The translations under genes and the position numbers were made by a program. The notes below the pieces were generated by a model. That model had not been told where the DNA came from. It saw only the letters and a program-made list of their open reading frames with translations, and made no database searches. Below are positions 9,440 to 18,467 of a stretch of DNA of 64,000 nt, in pieces; positions within the stretch are counted from its first letter, which is position 1, and every line of letters starts with the position of its first letter. Source of the DNA: Candidatus Latescibacterota bacterium (GTDB taxonomy: Bacteria; Latescibacterota; UBA2968; UBA8231); NCBI GenBank assembly GCA_965261395.1, contig OZ253462.1:5920001-5984000 (forward strand). The letters are read 5' to 3'.

Positions 9440-10771
9440 TCAGAGCGGATCGGGGAAGGCGATCGCCGCGTTCTGGAAGTAGCGGGTGAATATCTGTTCG
9501 AGGTTCTCCAGCAATTGGACTGCCGAGATTTCGCGGGCTACCATGAAGCGGTTCCACTCGTCCCAGTACTGCCGGTATAGAAAGGGGTGCTCGCCTTCGA
9601 GATCGAATGAAAAGGGGTAGAAACTCGTTTTCTCTCCCAAGACGACGTCCAGGCCCTGGTGAGTAGTCGGGATAGACACGCCGATGATTGAGCTGATTCT
9701 GAGAACCTCTTCCACCATCTGCTTCTGGTGCCAGCGGCTGTTTATCAGGCGCAGAAGATAGGCGGCTGGTTCGGGATGGCGCGCTAGGGAGGGGATACTG
9801 AGGGCTCTGGCATAGCCCATCAATTCGCGCAGACTGCCCTCACCCCCCTCGACGGCGGGAAAGGCATAGGTATAGAGGGGAAAATCCCCCATGATATCCC
9901 GCCGTGCGCTAGTCAGCCAATTGCCGACAAAGATGGTGGCGGCCTGACCCCGCCAGAACAGGAATTCGGACTCTATGTGGTTGAGCCCAGAAAAACCTTC
10001 GACGAAGTAGCCCCTGTCTAGCATATTTTCCACCATGCGGGCGGCCCGAAGGAAACCCGCTTCGGTCCACGGAGTCCGCCGCTGTGGATCCCGCAGGGCC
10101 TGGCGCAGCTTCTCGGCACCGAGCAGGCGCAGGGCCAGATGCTCCAGCCACCAAACCGTGTACCAATGGATGCCGTCCTGGGTGATCGGCACCACGCCGC
10201 TGCGTTTGAGGCGTTCGCAGTTGTCGAGGAACTGTTCCCAGGTCTGCGGATTGAGATTGGCTCCGGCGCGCCGGTAGAGGTCCGCGTTGCAGTAGAGCTG
10301 GAGGGAGTAGACATTCTGGGGGATGGCGTAGAAACGGCCCTCGTACATCAGGCTTTCGTGGTAGAGCGGGTCAATCGTCTCCAGCCAGGTCGCTCCCTCG
10401 GTGTCGTAAGCCGGGACCTGAAGGTAGTCGGTTATGTCGAGGACGTGCCCCTGTTTGACATAAGAGAAGATGAGGCCGGTATCGGCTCCAGCAAAGGACA
10501 TGATATCGGGGGGGTTGCCCTCCATCACGCGGATCATCAACTCCTGATAGCCCCCGCCCCCGCCGCTGGCCGGCTCGACGCGCAGATGGGGGTATTGTTC
10601 CCCAAAGCGATCCACCACCTTCCACAGCAGTTGATTGATCCGAACTTGGGAAACCCGCCGCTGGAAACCGGGGATCGAGATTTCCATTAGCTCCTCGTCG
10701 GGCAGATAATTGCCGCAGCCCCCGCTCAGGGTGCCGGCTGCCATGCATTTGAGAAAATCTCTGCGTTTCAC
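9440..10771 (-). CDS. Carbohydrate ABC transporter substrate-binding lipoprotein, Tat-exported
   Basis: GTG start; twin-arginine RRDFLK + lipobox-like GGC; PPDIM, G.FYAIP, LYCNADLY..AG, PQTWEQFL. Confidence 0.88.
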   Translation of the reverse strand: MKRRDFLKCMAAGTLSGGCGNYLPDEELMEISIPGFQRRVSQVRINQLLWKVVDRFGEQYPHLRVEPASGGGGGYQELMIRVMEGNPPDIMSFAGADTGLIFSYVKQGHVLDITDYLQVPAYDTEGATWLETIDPLYHESLMYEGRFYAIPQNVYSLQLYCNADLYRRAGANLNPQTWEQFLDNCERLKRSGVVPITQDGIHWYTVWWLEHLALRLLGAEKLRQALRDPQRRTPWTEAGFLRAARMVENMLDRGYFVEGFSGLNHIESEFLFWRGQAATIFVGNWLTSARRDIMGDFPLYTYAFPAVEGGEGSLRELMGYARALSIPSLARHPEPAAYLLRLINSRWHQKQMVEEVLRISSIIGVSIPTTHQGLDVVLGEKTSFYPFSFDLEGEHPFLYRQYWDEWNRFMVAREISAVQLLENLEQIFTRYFQNAAIAFPDPL

Positions 10772-10774
10772 GAC

Positions 10775-11620
10775 CTATCCCTTCAGAGCGCCGACGGTCA
10801 GGCCCTCGGTGATGCGGTCTTGGAGAAAGATAAATACGATGACCAAGGGGAGCATGACGATCACTAGTCCGGCGAATAGCTCTGTCCAGCGCGATTCCGT
10901 CGACATATTCCAAAACAGGGTCTGTAATCCGCGGGCCATGGTGTAGAGCCGGCCGCTGCGCAGGAGGACCAGCGACCAGAAGAATTCGTTCCAGACATTG
11001 ATGAAGTTGAAAATGGAGACCGTGATCAATCCGGGCTTGGCCAAGGGAAGCATGATCGACCAGAAGGTCTTCCACGGCGAGGCCCCATCAATCATGGCCG
11101 CCTCTTCCATTTGACTGGGCAAAGTTCTGAAAAAACCGGTGAGTACGAAGACGGAAAACGGCAGGCCCATGGCTATGTAGAGGACCAGCAGACCCAGATG
11201 ATTGTTGGTCAAGTGCATTTGCCGCATCTGCACGAAGAGCGGGAAGATGTACAGCATGGTCGGCACCATCAAGGCTGCCAAGAATAGAAAGAAGGCTAAC
11301 TGCCTGAAGGGAAAGACCACCCGCGCCAGGATGTAAGCCACCATAGCGGATAGCACCACGGACCCGCAGGTGGCCAGCGCACTGATATAGGCAGTGTTGA
11401 AAAAGTAGAGGCCGATTTCGGCGTTCTTCCAGGCGTAGGTATAATTGTCTAGACGCAGCGTTGCGGGCAGCGACCAAGTGCTGGAAAAGAATTCCGCATT
11501 GGACTTGAAGGAAGTGTAGACCACCCAGCAGATCGCTCCCAGCGAACTCAGGCAGTAGATGCCCATCAACAGAATGGTGACGAGCTTCAGCAGGGCCGGT
11601 CCGTATTGTCTATTATTCAT
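10775..11620 (-). CDS. Carbohydrate ABC permease (MalG-like)
   Basis: TSFKS, LP.QMEEAAMIDGAS (EAA loop), WNEF, GLTVGALKG. Confidence 0.93.
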   Translation of the reverse strand: MNNRQYGPALLKLVTILLMGIYCLSSLGAICWVVYTSFKSNAEFFSSTWSLPATLRLDNYTYAWKNAEIGLYFFNTAYISALATCGSVVLSAMVAYILARVVFPFRQLAFFLFLAALMVPTMLYIFPLFVQMRQMHLTNNHLGLLVLYIAMGLPFSVFVLTGFFRTLPSQMEEAAMIDGASPWKTFWSIMLPLAKPGLITVSIFNFINVWNEFFWSLVLLRSGRLYTMARGLQTLFWNMSTESRWTELFAGLVIVMLPLVIVFIFLQDRITEGLTVGALKG

Positions 11621-11632
11621 CTCTTCCCTTCC

Positions 11633-12511
11633 TCAATATTCTACGGCCTCGCGGCGCATCAGGCGGCTGACCAGCAGGCTGATGGTCAGCACTATGAGGA
11701 ACATGACGACGCCCATGGCCGTGCCGTAACCGACGCTCTGTCCCTGAAATCCGGCCCAATAGATATAGGTCCCCAGCACCTCAATGACGTTGGGATAGCC
11801 GCGGGTGATGACGAAAATCAACGCGAAGGCCTGGACCGCGTTGATGATCCAGAGGACGACTAGGATCTGGACGACATCCCAGAGCAGGGGCAGGGTCACA
11901 TGCCAGAATTGTTGCCAGGCGCTGGCTCCGTCCAGTTCGGCCGATTCGTAGAAACTGCGGGGAATTTTCTGCAGGCCGGCCAGGAAGAGAATGACATAGG
12001 TCCCTAGACCCTGCCAGACCATGGCTGCGGTAATAGCCGGCAGTGCAGTACTGTGGCGTCCTAGCCAAGGCTGGGAGTAGGCTCCCAGATCGAGCGCCCG
12101 CAGCGTCTCGTTGAGCAGACCGATGACCGGGTTATAGATACTGCCCCAAAGCACCGCGGTGACGACCACGGACAGGAGCGCAGGGGCGAAGATAATGAAC
12201 TTGAGGAAACGTTCAAAAGGGGGTTTGCTAGCTAGCACTACGGCGAAGAGCAGACTGAGCGGAAAGACTACTAGGAATCCGAGAATCCCGAAGAGGACGA
12301 CGTTCTCCAACGCGAGGAGAAAGGTGCGGTCGGAGAAAGCCCGGACGAAATTGGCCAGTCCGATGAAATGCTTGTACGGGGTTATGCCCGACCAGGAGGT
12401 CAGCGAGTAATAAAAGGCGTTGAGCGCTGGCACCACGAAGAACAGGATGTGCAGCAGGAGACCGGGGCCGAGCAGGGCTGGGATCAACTTGCGGAGTTCG
12501 CGCTGGATCAT
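11633..12511 (-). CDS. Carbohydrate ABC permease (MalF/UgpA-like)
   Basis: FIGLANF, LAGLQKIP.S.YESAELDGAS.WQQFWHVTLPLL, GYGTAMGV. Confidence 0.93.
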   Translation of the reverse strand: MIQRELRKLIPALLGPGLLLHILFFVVPALNAFYYSLTSWSGITPYKHFIGLANFVRAFSDRTFLLALENVVLFGILGFLVVFPLSLLFAVVLASKPPFERFLKFIIFAPALLSVVVTAVLWGSIYNPVIGLLNETLRALDLGAYSQPWLGRHSTALPAITAAMVWQGLGTYVILFLAGLQKIPRSFYESAELDGASAWQQFWHVTLPLLWDVVQILVVLWIINAVQAFALIFVITRGYPNVIEVLGTYIYWAGFQGQSVGYGTAMGVVMFLIVLTISLLVSRLMRREAVEY

Positions 12512-12538
12512 CGGCTGCCCACCTGCCGGAAGGCCTTT

Positions 12539-14491
12539 TCAATCCCCAACTGCCGCCGGGAATTTTCGTCCGAGCGTTTCGATGTTTTCATCGAAGAAAA
12601 TCACCTCGTCTTTGTAGGTAGTGCGCAATCCTTCCAGCCAGCGGCCGAATAATACGTGCTCCTTTTCCCGGCGCAGCCTGGCGGTAATCCGCTCCTCTAC
12701 TTCCGCAAAGGGCCGTATCGCCGATTCTCGGCGACTGATCACTTTGGCGACCGAATAGAGAGAATCGATCGCCAAAGGGCCGATGAGAGCGCCGATTTCG
12801 GCTTCCATCGCCTCCCTGACCAAGGGACCGAAACGCGCCTCGTCGTACCAGTGGAGGTGGTAATGGCCCTCTGTCTGGGCACTGCCTGGGCGCACACTTT
12901 GGGCAACCGCCAACTGCCGCGCGATGTACTGCTCCACCAAGTCCTCGGGGCTCGGGACACTGGCGATTTCTTCGAGGACCTGCGCCATTTGCTCTTCGTC
13001 GTCCAGCCGCCGGCTTAGCCAGGCGAAGACCGGCGGATCGCCGCCCAGTTCCCGCAGGGCTTTTACCTCCTCCCCGGTGGCCTGCCCACTCTCCAGTTTC
13101 TGTCTGAACCGCCTGCAAAGGGCAACCAGTGGTGTCGCCCGGTGCAGGTCCGACCCCATCTGCTCGAGCAGTTCCCGGGCCTCGGTTTCGTCCCCGACCA
13201 GAATCTCCACGATCTCGACTTCCGAAGGAGTTCGGTACGTGTCTTTGTTCTCCTCGTAGAATCTCGACACTTCCCGGTCGGTCACTACCACTTTCTGCGT
13301 CGCTTTGAGCCGGCGTATCTCCCGAATCAGGGTCTCCTCTTCCCTGTGCTTGCTCCAGGCTTTGATTTCGGGTTCCCGATCAATTCCCAACTCATACGCC
13401 CAGAGCAGCAAGAGCCGTGGCACGACCACATCGCGCTCTAGAAAGTGGATTACCTTCAGACTGTCGTCGACGCCTCTGCCACGGCGAATAAATGGCGATT
13501 GCTCTATGGCCTCTCCGAGGGGAATATATCCGTTCTCGTACTTGAAAAGTGGCATTGCGGAAGTGGCCACGGATAGACGCCCCACGCCTTCTTCCTGGAC
13601 CCGGCGCAATAGCCCCATCAGAGTGCCGAGGCCGGCGGAATCGGGATCCAGCCCGAACCGCTGCGCCAGCGAATCGATGTAGGACCGGCGCACCGCGTCC
13701 AACTGCTGCCGGACGATTCCCTTGCGGATCCGGTCTCTGACCTCTTCGTAGGCTACCTGCTGCTCGTCCAGGACTTTGAAAAGCTCGTACCCTTTAGGGT
13801 TGGGAACTATCTCCGAGATTTCGCCCACCCGCAGGTGGAACAGCGCATCGCGCACTACCTGAGTAGCGCCATCGGGACTGTAGTAATGGAGCAATTCGCC
13901 ACCGCGCCTCGCACTGGGCGGATACTCCGAGAACTGGCGCGCCACCGCATCGAAGGACCGTCCGGCTCGCAGGGCCGCCATGACCTCATCGGCGCGTTCC
14001 TGGGTGCTCACGACAATGTGGGCGATCTTTAGCCGGCGATTCCAGTGGCCCTGAGCAAAGGCCCGCTCTATTTCCTCCTCGTCAACCTCCACTCGGGGCC
14101 GGATGTGGCGGGAGGCGGCCTCTTGGCCCAGCTTTTTCGCCACTACGCGCGCCAGATTTTTACGGACATTCGGGCTCTTCTCCAGACTTAGGGTCCGCGC
14201 TTCGCGCAGAATGAGGATGCGATCAATCAAGGTCTGCAGATAATCGCGGACCTGGGCGCTGCCTTCTTGCTCACTTGTGGTCCAGGCCGGCAGCTTAGCG
14301 ACGAAGCGTTCGAGATCCTGGACCGAGACCGTCTCCTCCCCAACCTGTGCCAGGATCCGGCCATTTTCCTCTGGGGGAGACTCCTGCTGTCCGCAGGAGG
14401 CGGCGCAGAGGGCGCTCAGCAAGACGCCTACCAGCCACTGGCATCTCCCTGTGGGACAACAGCCATTAAAGAAAAGAGAGACGGTATTCAT
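12539..14491 (-). CDS. Parvulin-type peptidyl-prolyl isomerase / SurA-PrsA-like lipoprotein chaperone (two rotamase domains)
   Basis: Lipobox-like AASC, ILAQVG.E.V, AHIVV...A..V..L..G.SF..VA..FS...S..RGGEL, GEISE.V....GY..FKV, second domain EIVEILV, RPFAEV. Confidence 0.85.
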   Translation of the reverse strand: MNTVSLFFNGCCPTGRCQWLVGVLLSALCAASCGQQESPPEENGRILAQVGEETVSVQDLERFVAKLPAWTTSEQEGSAQVRDYLQTLIDRILILREARTLSLEKSPNVRKNLARVVAKKLGQEAASRHIRPRVEVDEEEIERAFAQGHWNRRLKIAHIVVSTQERADEVMAALRAGRSFDAVARQFSEYPPSARRGGELLHYYSPDGATQVVRDALFHLRVGEISEIVPNPKGYELFKVLDEQQVAYEEVRDRIRKGIVRQQLDAVRRSYIDSLAQRFGLDPDSAGLGTLMGLLRRVQEEGVGRLSVATSAMPLFKYENGYIPLGEAIEQSPFIRRGRGVDDSLKVIHFLERDVVVPRLLLLWAYELGIDREPEIKAWSKHREEETLIREIRRLKATQKVVVTDREVSRFYEENKDTYRTPSEVEIVEILVGDETEARELLEQMGSDLHRATPLVALCRRFRQKLESGQATGEEVKALRELGGDPPVFAWLSRRLDDEEQMAQVLEEIASVPSPEDLVEQYIARQLAVAQSVRPGSAQTEGHYHLHWYDEARFGPLVREAMEAEIGALIGPLAIDSLYSVAKVISRRESAIRPFAEVEERITARLRREKEHVLFGRWLEGLRTTYKDEVIFFDENIETLGRKFPAAVGD

Positions 14492-14509
14492 AAGGCGAAC
14501 CGAAGATTG

Positions 14510-15340
14510 TCAAATGCCGTACACTCTGGCGGCGTTTTCGCCCAGTACTAGAGTCCGTCCGCCATGGTCCAGGCTCTCTACAAAGCTGCGTACGAGTTCC
14601 AGATTCTGTCTGTAGGTGAGGTGGAGAGCCGCCGGCGGCCAGTCCGAGCCCCAGAGGACGCGGTCGGTGCCCCAGCCGTCGAGTAACCGAGCAATGAAGC
14701 CCAGAATCCGTGGGCAGCGAAAATCCCAGGGCGTTGCTGCCGCAGCATAGAATCCGGACGCCTTGACGAAAAGATTGGACGGCGACTCACCCTCCAGCAG
14801 CCCTCCGTAACTGGGTTCGTCTGGATTGAAGAGGTGGGCTGGCAGTCCCAGGTGGTTGCTCACGAAGCGAATATCGGGATAGGTCCGCGCCAGCCGTAGG
14901 AGGACGGGGTAATCGGGCGGTCTGATCTGCAGATTGCAGACCTGACCGCAGGACCTGAAAGCCTCCCAGAGGGGCTCGCGGTCCGGCTGCACCATCCAAC
15001 TGAGATCGCCATCCGGGGGATAGTAGCTGATGCCCACGGTGCCGAATTCTTCCCGGGCTCGAGTAACCTGCTCCGCTGCATCTGGATTGTCGAGTTGAAC
15101 GTCGACTAGGGTGGCCAAGCGGTCGGGGTGTACCCTAGCGAGGTGGGCACACTCCTCGTTGTTGTGGGGCGAATACGCCGCCACCACGGGGACGAGAACG
15201 GCTTTTTCCACTCCGCACTCGTCCATGTGCTGGAGCAGCCGCTCGCACCGTCCCTCGAACCAATTCTCCCCTCTCTCCTGGTCGGGGTCAACGGGCGCGT
15301 AGTTGTCGAGGACGTGAACATGGGTATCGATGATGCGCAT
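14510..15340 (-). CDS. Amidohydrolase_2 family protein (L-fuconolactonase-like)
   Basis: IIDTHVH, NHLG.P, VKASG, WGSDWP, GENAARVY; start placed at MRIID (15340). Confidence 0.85.
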   Translation of the reverse strand: MRIIDTHVHVLDNYAPVDPDQERGENWFEGRCERLLQHMDECGVEKAVLVPVVAAYSPHNNEECAHLARVHPDRLATLVDVQLDNPDAAEQVTRAREEFGTVGISYYPPDGDLSWMVQPDREPLWEAFRSCGQVCNLQIRPPDYPVLLRLARTYPDIRFVSNHLGLPAHLFNPDEPSYGGLLEGESPSNLFVKASGFYAAAATPWDFRCPRILGFIARLLDGWGTDRVLWGSDWPPAALHLTYRQNLELVRSFVESLDHGGRTLVLGENAARVYGI

Positions 15341-15497
15341 GGAAATATCCTTGCCTTTGGCGTTCTCGGAAACACCGGGGATGCCCGTATTGAGCACAAA
15401 GAGAATGCCGGTCAGCACGGTACGGTTATCTATGCTATACTCAACAGCTAGTTTTGTTGGAAACTCTTATTTTGACGCGCTGACTTTATATGTGAGA

Positions 15498-15625
15498 GTA
15501 AATTATAGATTGGATAGGTTGTATCACAACAAAAATTTGTTTGACATCTTTAAGAGACATTTACTATTATGAACGTAAATTATGGATGGATGGGTAGCAT
15601 CACAAAGCAAAATTATGCGTTTTGT
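15498..15625. promoter_or_regulatory. AT-rich divergent promoter region: TTGACA 15541-15546 with TATTAT 15565-15570, palindrome GTTGT-ATC-ACAAC 15518-15530, imperfect direct repeat
   Basis: Read directly from the sequence; lies between the two divergent operons. Confidence 0.55.
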
Positions 15626-15721
15626 CAGATTTCTCTTTTGCGAAAGGAGGTCGGAAGAGGCGAAGAAATGGGATCTCATACCCAGAGAAGTAATTCTCCC
15701 CCAAAACCTGGAGTAACCCTC

Positions 15722-16603
15722 ATGAAAAGACTTCTTCTCACTGCTAGCTTCATCCTGCTCGCCGCCGCCGCTTGGGCCCATACACCCGCCGGGGTAGTCT
15801 ATCCAGCTGTCCAATTTCCCGATGCCAACCTTCCCACCATAGACGGCGATATCGCCGAGTGGGATGTAGTGAATGAGACCTATTGGATCACCCACGAACA
15901 ATTGGTCGAGACCGTGACGGGGCTAGGCACCAGTTGGGACGCAACGGATTTGTCGGTGCGCGTTATTCTTGGATGGAATCCTACCATCAACAGGCTCTAC
16001 ATCATGGAAGACCGCTTCGACGACGCTATTTGGGTGCTGACCGATTGGGATTCCATGGAATTTGAATTTGACGCTGACCACAGCGGCGGTCGGTTCGGTA
16101 TGTTCAACGACTTGGTGGATACGCAGGAGGAAGCAGACCGCCTGCACGGTGCTCAGGCGCAAAATTACGGCATCAACAACGGTGGTCCGGGCACCTTGGC
16201 CTGGCACAAGGCGCAGTGGCACACTATGCCGCCGTGGGGCGATTGGGCCACGAGCCAGTCGGTTCCAGAGGGTGGGGAAGGGTTCTTTTACGCCGAGACC
16301 ATGATAACAGGGTGGGACGACCTAGACTGGAACGGTGCCGAGACCAGCGTGGTCCACCAACTCGCGGAAAACGAGATCGTCGGTTTCAATTTCACCATGG
16401 TCGATGAAGACAATGTGGAAGACTCTGGTTCGTACGACGGATATTGGGTGCTGAGCGGCCAGACGGATAGTTTCCGGGAAGGCGATCTGCTCACCGACTT
16501 CCTGTTGGCGCCGATCGATCCCGATATCAATTGGGCCGATCAGAAGGCCACGGCGGTGGAGGAGGTGGGGTGGGGCCGGTTGAAGGCCACCTTTGCCGAG
16601 TAG
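15722..16603 (+). CDS. Secreted CBM9/DOMON-like sugar-binding protein with C-terminal TAVE..WG.LK tail
   Basis: GGAG SD; signal peptide MKRLLL...AWA; PTIDGDIAEWD, D.MEF.FDADHSGG, IVGFNF..VDED; ends ATAVEEVGWGRLKATFAE. Confidence 0.7.
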   Translation: MKRLLLTASFILLAAAAWAHTPAGVVYPAVQFPDANLPTIDGDIAEWDVVNETYWITHEQLVETVTGLGTSWDATDLSVRVILGWNPTINRLYIMEDRFDDAIWVLTDWDSMEFEFDADHSGGRFGMFNDLVDTQEEADRLHGAQAQNYGINNGGPGTLAWHKAQWHTMPPWGDWATSQSVPEGGEGFFYAETMITGWDDLDWNGAETSVVHQLAENEIVGFNFTMVDEDNVEDSGSYDGYWVLSGQTDSFREGDLLTDFLLAPIDPDINWADQKATAVEEVGWGRLKATFAE

Positions 16604-16685
16604 TTGTACCCCTTCGTGGGGTCATACCGCCATGCCGGGAGTATCCGGTATGGCGGTATTTTGTATGGTCCGCGTGCAGAAACCG

Positions 16686-18410
16686 ATGCGCAACTTGTGT
16701 ACGACCTTGGGCGCGTTGTTCTGGCTGATGCCGCTGAATCCCGTCGCCGCGGCCACGGAAATCTTTGTGGTGGGTGGGGAGGGCAACGGACTCCGCTGGG
16801 AAGAGGCCGCCGGTTCGGCGCCGGTAATCGACTTTGCCGACCGACCGGGATGGATCCTGCCCGGAAACGTGGCCCCCAATACCAATATCGCCCTGGAGAC
16901 TTACGGACGCGGCGGGCGAGTGACCTCGCCGAATGCCCATACCGTGCTGCGCCTGAACCGGGATGCCCTCGGAGACATTCTGCGGAACATAGTCGACGGC
17001 GACAACCAAACGGCTTTTGAGGTCAAAAACGTAGCGGCCACCGGCATTCTGCTGGTCATTGACTTGGGTGCCCGGTTCGGGGTCAACCACATCCGCTTCT
17101 TTCCCCGGCCCTCTTTTTCGAATGATTTTCTCAAAGGGTATGTCCTCTCCATCAACGACGGGGTATTCGGCGCCGACCTCATCGCGTCTTCCTTCACCAG
17201 ACTGCCGGACCAATCCCTGTTCAGTCAAATAGCCCAGGACGGGGGCAACAAACGCGACACGGTTAATGTCCGGTTCCCCCTGCAGTACGTGCGCTACATT
17301 CGCTTGGAATCCACCCAGAGATTCAATTGGGAGATCGACGAACTCGAAATCTTCGGGCAGGGGTTCGTCCCGGAGGCGATCTATGTATCCGAGGTTTTCG
17401 ATTTCGACCAACCAGCCATCTGGGGCCGGTTGAGTTGGGCGGCGGAGCACCAGGGGCAGACCGAAAAGTCCCGTTTGGCCATTAGCACCCGGAGCGGCAG
17501 TAGCCGGTCTCCGGCGGACGCGCCGGGGGATTGGAGCCCCTGGTCCTCTCCTTACAAGAGTAGCAATACCCGGGTGCTCTCGCCGGCACCACGCCGCTAT
17601 TTTCAATTCAAAGTGGATTTTGCCAGCGACGGTCTGGAAGACGGCGTGGGTCTCGACTCCCTAGCTTTTGAAGTCTCCCGTCCCGCCCTGGCGGATTCGA
17701 TCATCGGGGAGATATGGCCCCAAGAGGTCTCCGTCGGCGATACGACCTTTACCTATGTCGTCCGCGTGGTCAACGCCCGCGGCTTTGACCGCCTGGAGAT
17801 CGATACTTCCGCCCCCGTCGAGGCGGTCCGATCCGTCCGCCTCGACGATCGGGAACTGGACTTTGTAGCGACAACAGGAGCCCGCGGCTTGGTGCTCGAA
17901 TTCGCCGGCCAGAGCGGAACGCATCACCTAGAAGTAGTTTTCGACACCGTGGTTCTACGCTACGAAACAGTCTTTGCTGGACGCCTCATCGACCACCGGG
18001 TTGAGACCTTGCCCCAGGAAATCGACGAGGGCAATGCCTCGACGGAGCTACCGGGCGACGATCTGAGCGTGAGAATACCACTGACGGGAAGGTTGATTGA
18101 CCGGATCGAGGCGTCGCCCAATCCATTCACCCCCAATGGGGATGAAGTCAATGATCGGACCGTCATAGAGTACGATCTGTTGCACTTGACGAGAACGGCG
18201 CTGGTGTTCCTAGCAGTCTACGATCTAGCTGGGAATCGGCTCGCGCAGTTGACCCGGCAGGAGGAGACGAGCGGCCGCTTCTCGTATTCATGGGACGGCC
18301 GGGCCGCAGACGGTCGACTGATGCCGCCGGGACTTTACGCAATCCAGGTCGAGGTGGAAACGGATGTGGGGACAGAACGCCGCAGCAGTGCTATTACCAT
18401 CGCCTATTAG
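16686..18410 (+). CDS. Secreted protein with discoidin-like domain and C-terminal FlgD-Ig/CHU_C-like domain (paralog 1)
   Basis: Signal-like N-terminus; VDGD..T, IDLG, DWSPWS.PY, SP.PRRYFQ, PNPFTPNGD.VND, YDL.G, WDG...G...PPGLY; start uncertain (16632-16686). Confidence 0.75.
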   Translation: MRNLCTTLGALFWLMPLNPVAAATEIFVVGGEGNGLRWEEAAGSAPVIDFADRPGWILPGNVAPNTNIALETYGRGGRVTSPNAHTVLRLNRDALGDILRNIVDGDNQTAFEVKNVAATGILLVIDLGARFGVNHIRFFPRPSFSNDFLKGYVLSINDGVFGADLIASSFTRLPDQSLFSQIAQDGGNKRDTVNVRFPLQYVRYIRLESTQRFNWEIDELEIFGQGFVPEAIYVSEVFDFDQPAIWGRLSWAAEHQGQTEKSRLAISTRSGSSRSPADAPGDWSPWSSPYKSSNTRVLSPAPRRYFQFKVDFASDGLEDGVGLDSLAFEVSRPALADSIIGEIWPQEVSVGDTTFTYVVRVVNARGFDRLEIDTSAPVEAVRSVRLDDRELDFVATTGARGLVLEFAGQSGTHHLEVVFDTVVLRYETVFAGRLIDHRVETLPQEIDEGNASTELPGDDLSVRIPLTGRLIDRIEASPNPFTPNGDEVNDRTVIEYDLLHLTRTALVFLAVYDLAGNRLAQLTRQEETSGRFSYSWDGRAADGRLMPPGLYAIQVEVETDVGTERRSSAITIAY

Positions 18411-18467
18411 GCCCTGTAGTAGTCGGGCCGCAAGCAGCTTAGCGACAAGCACATAGGGAGGCGCATA

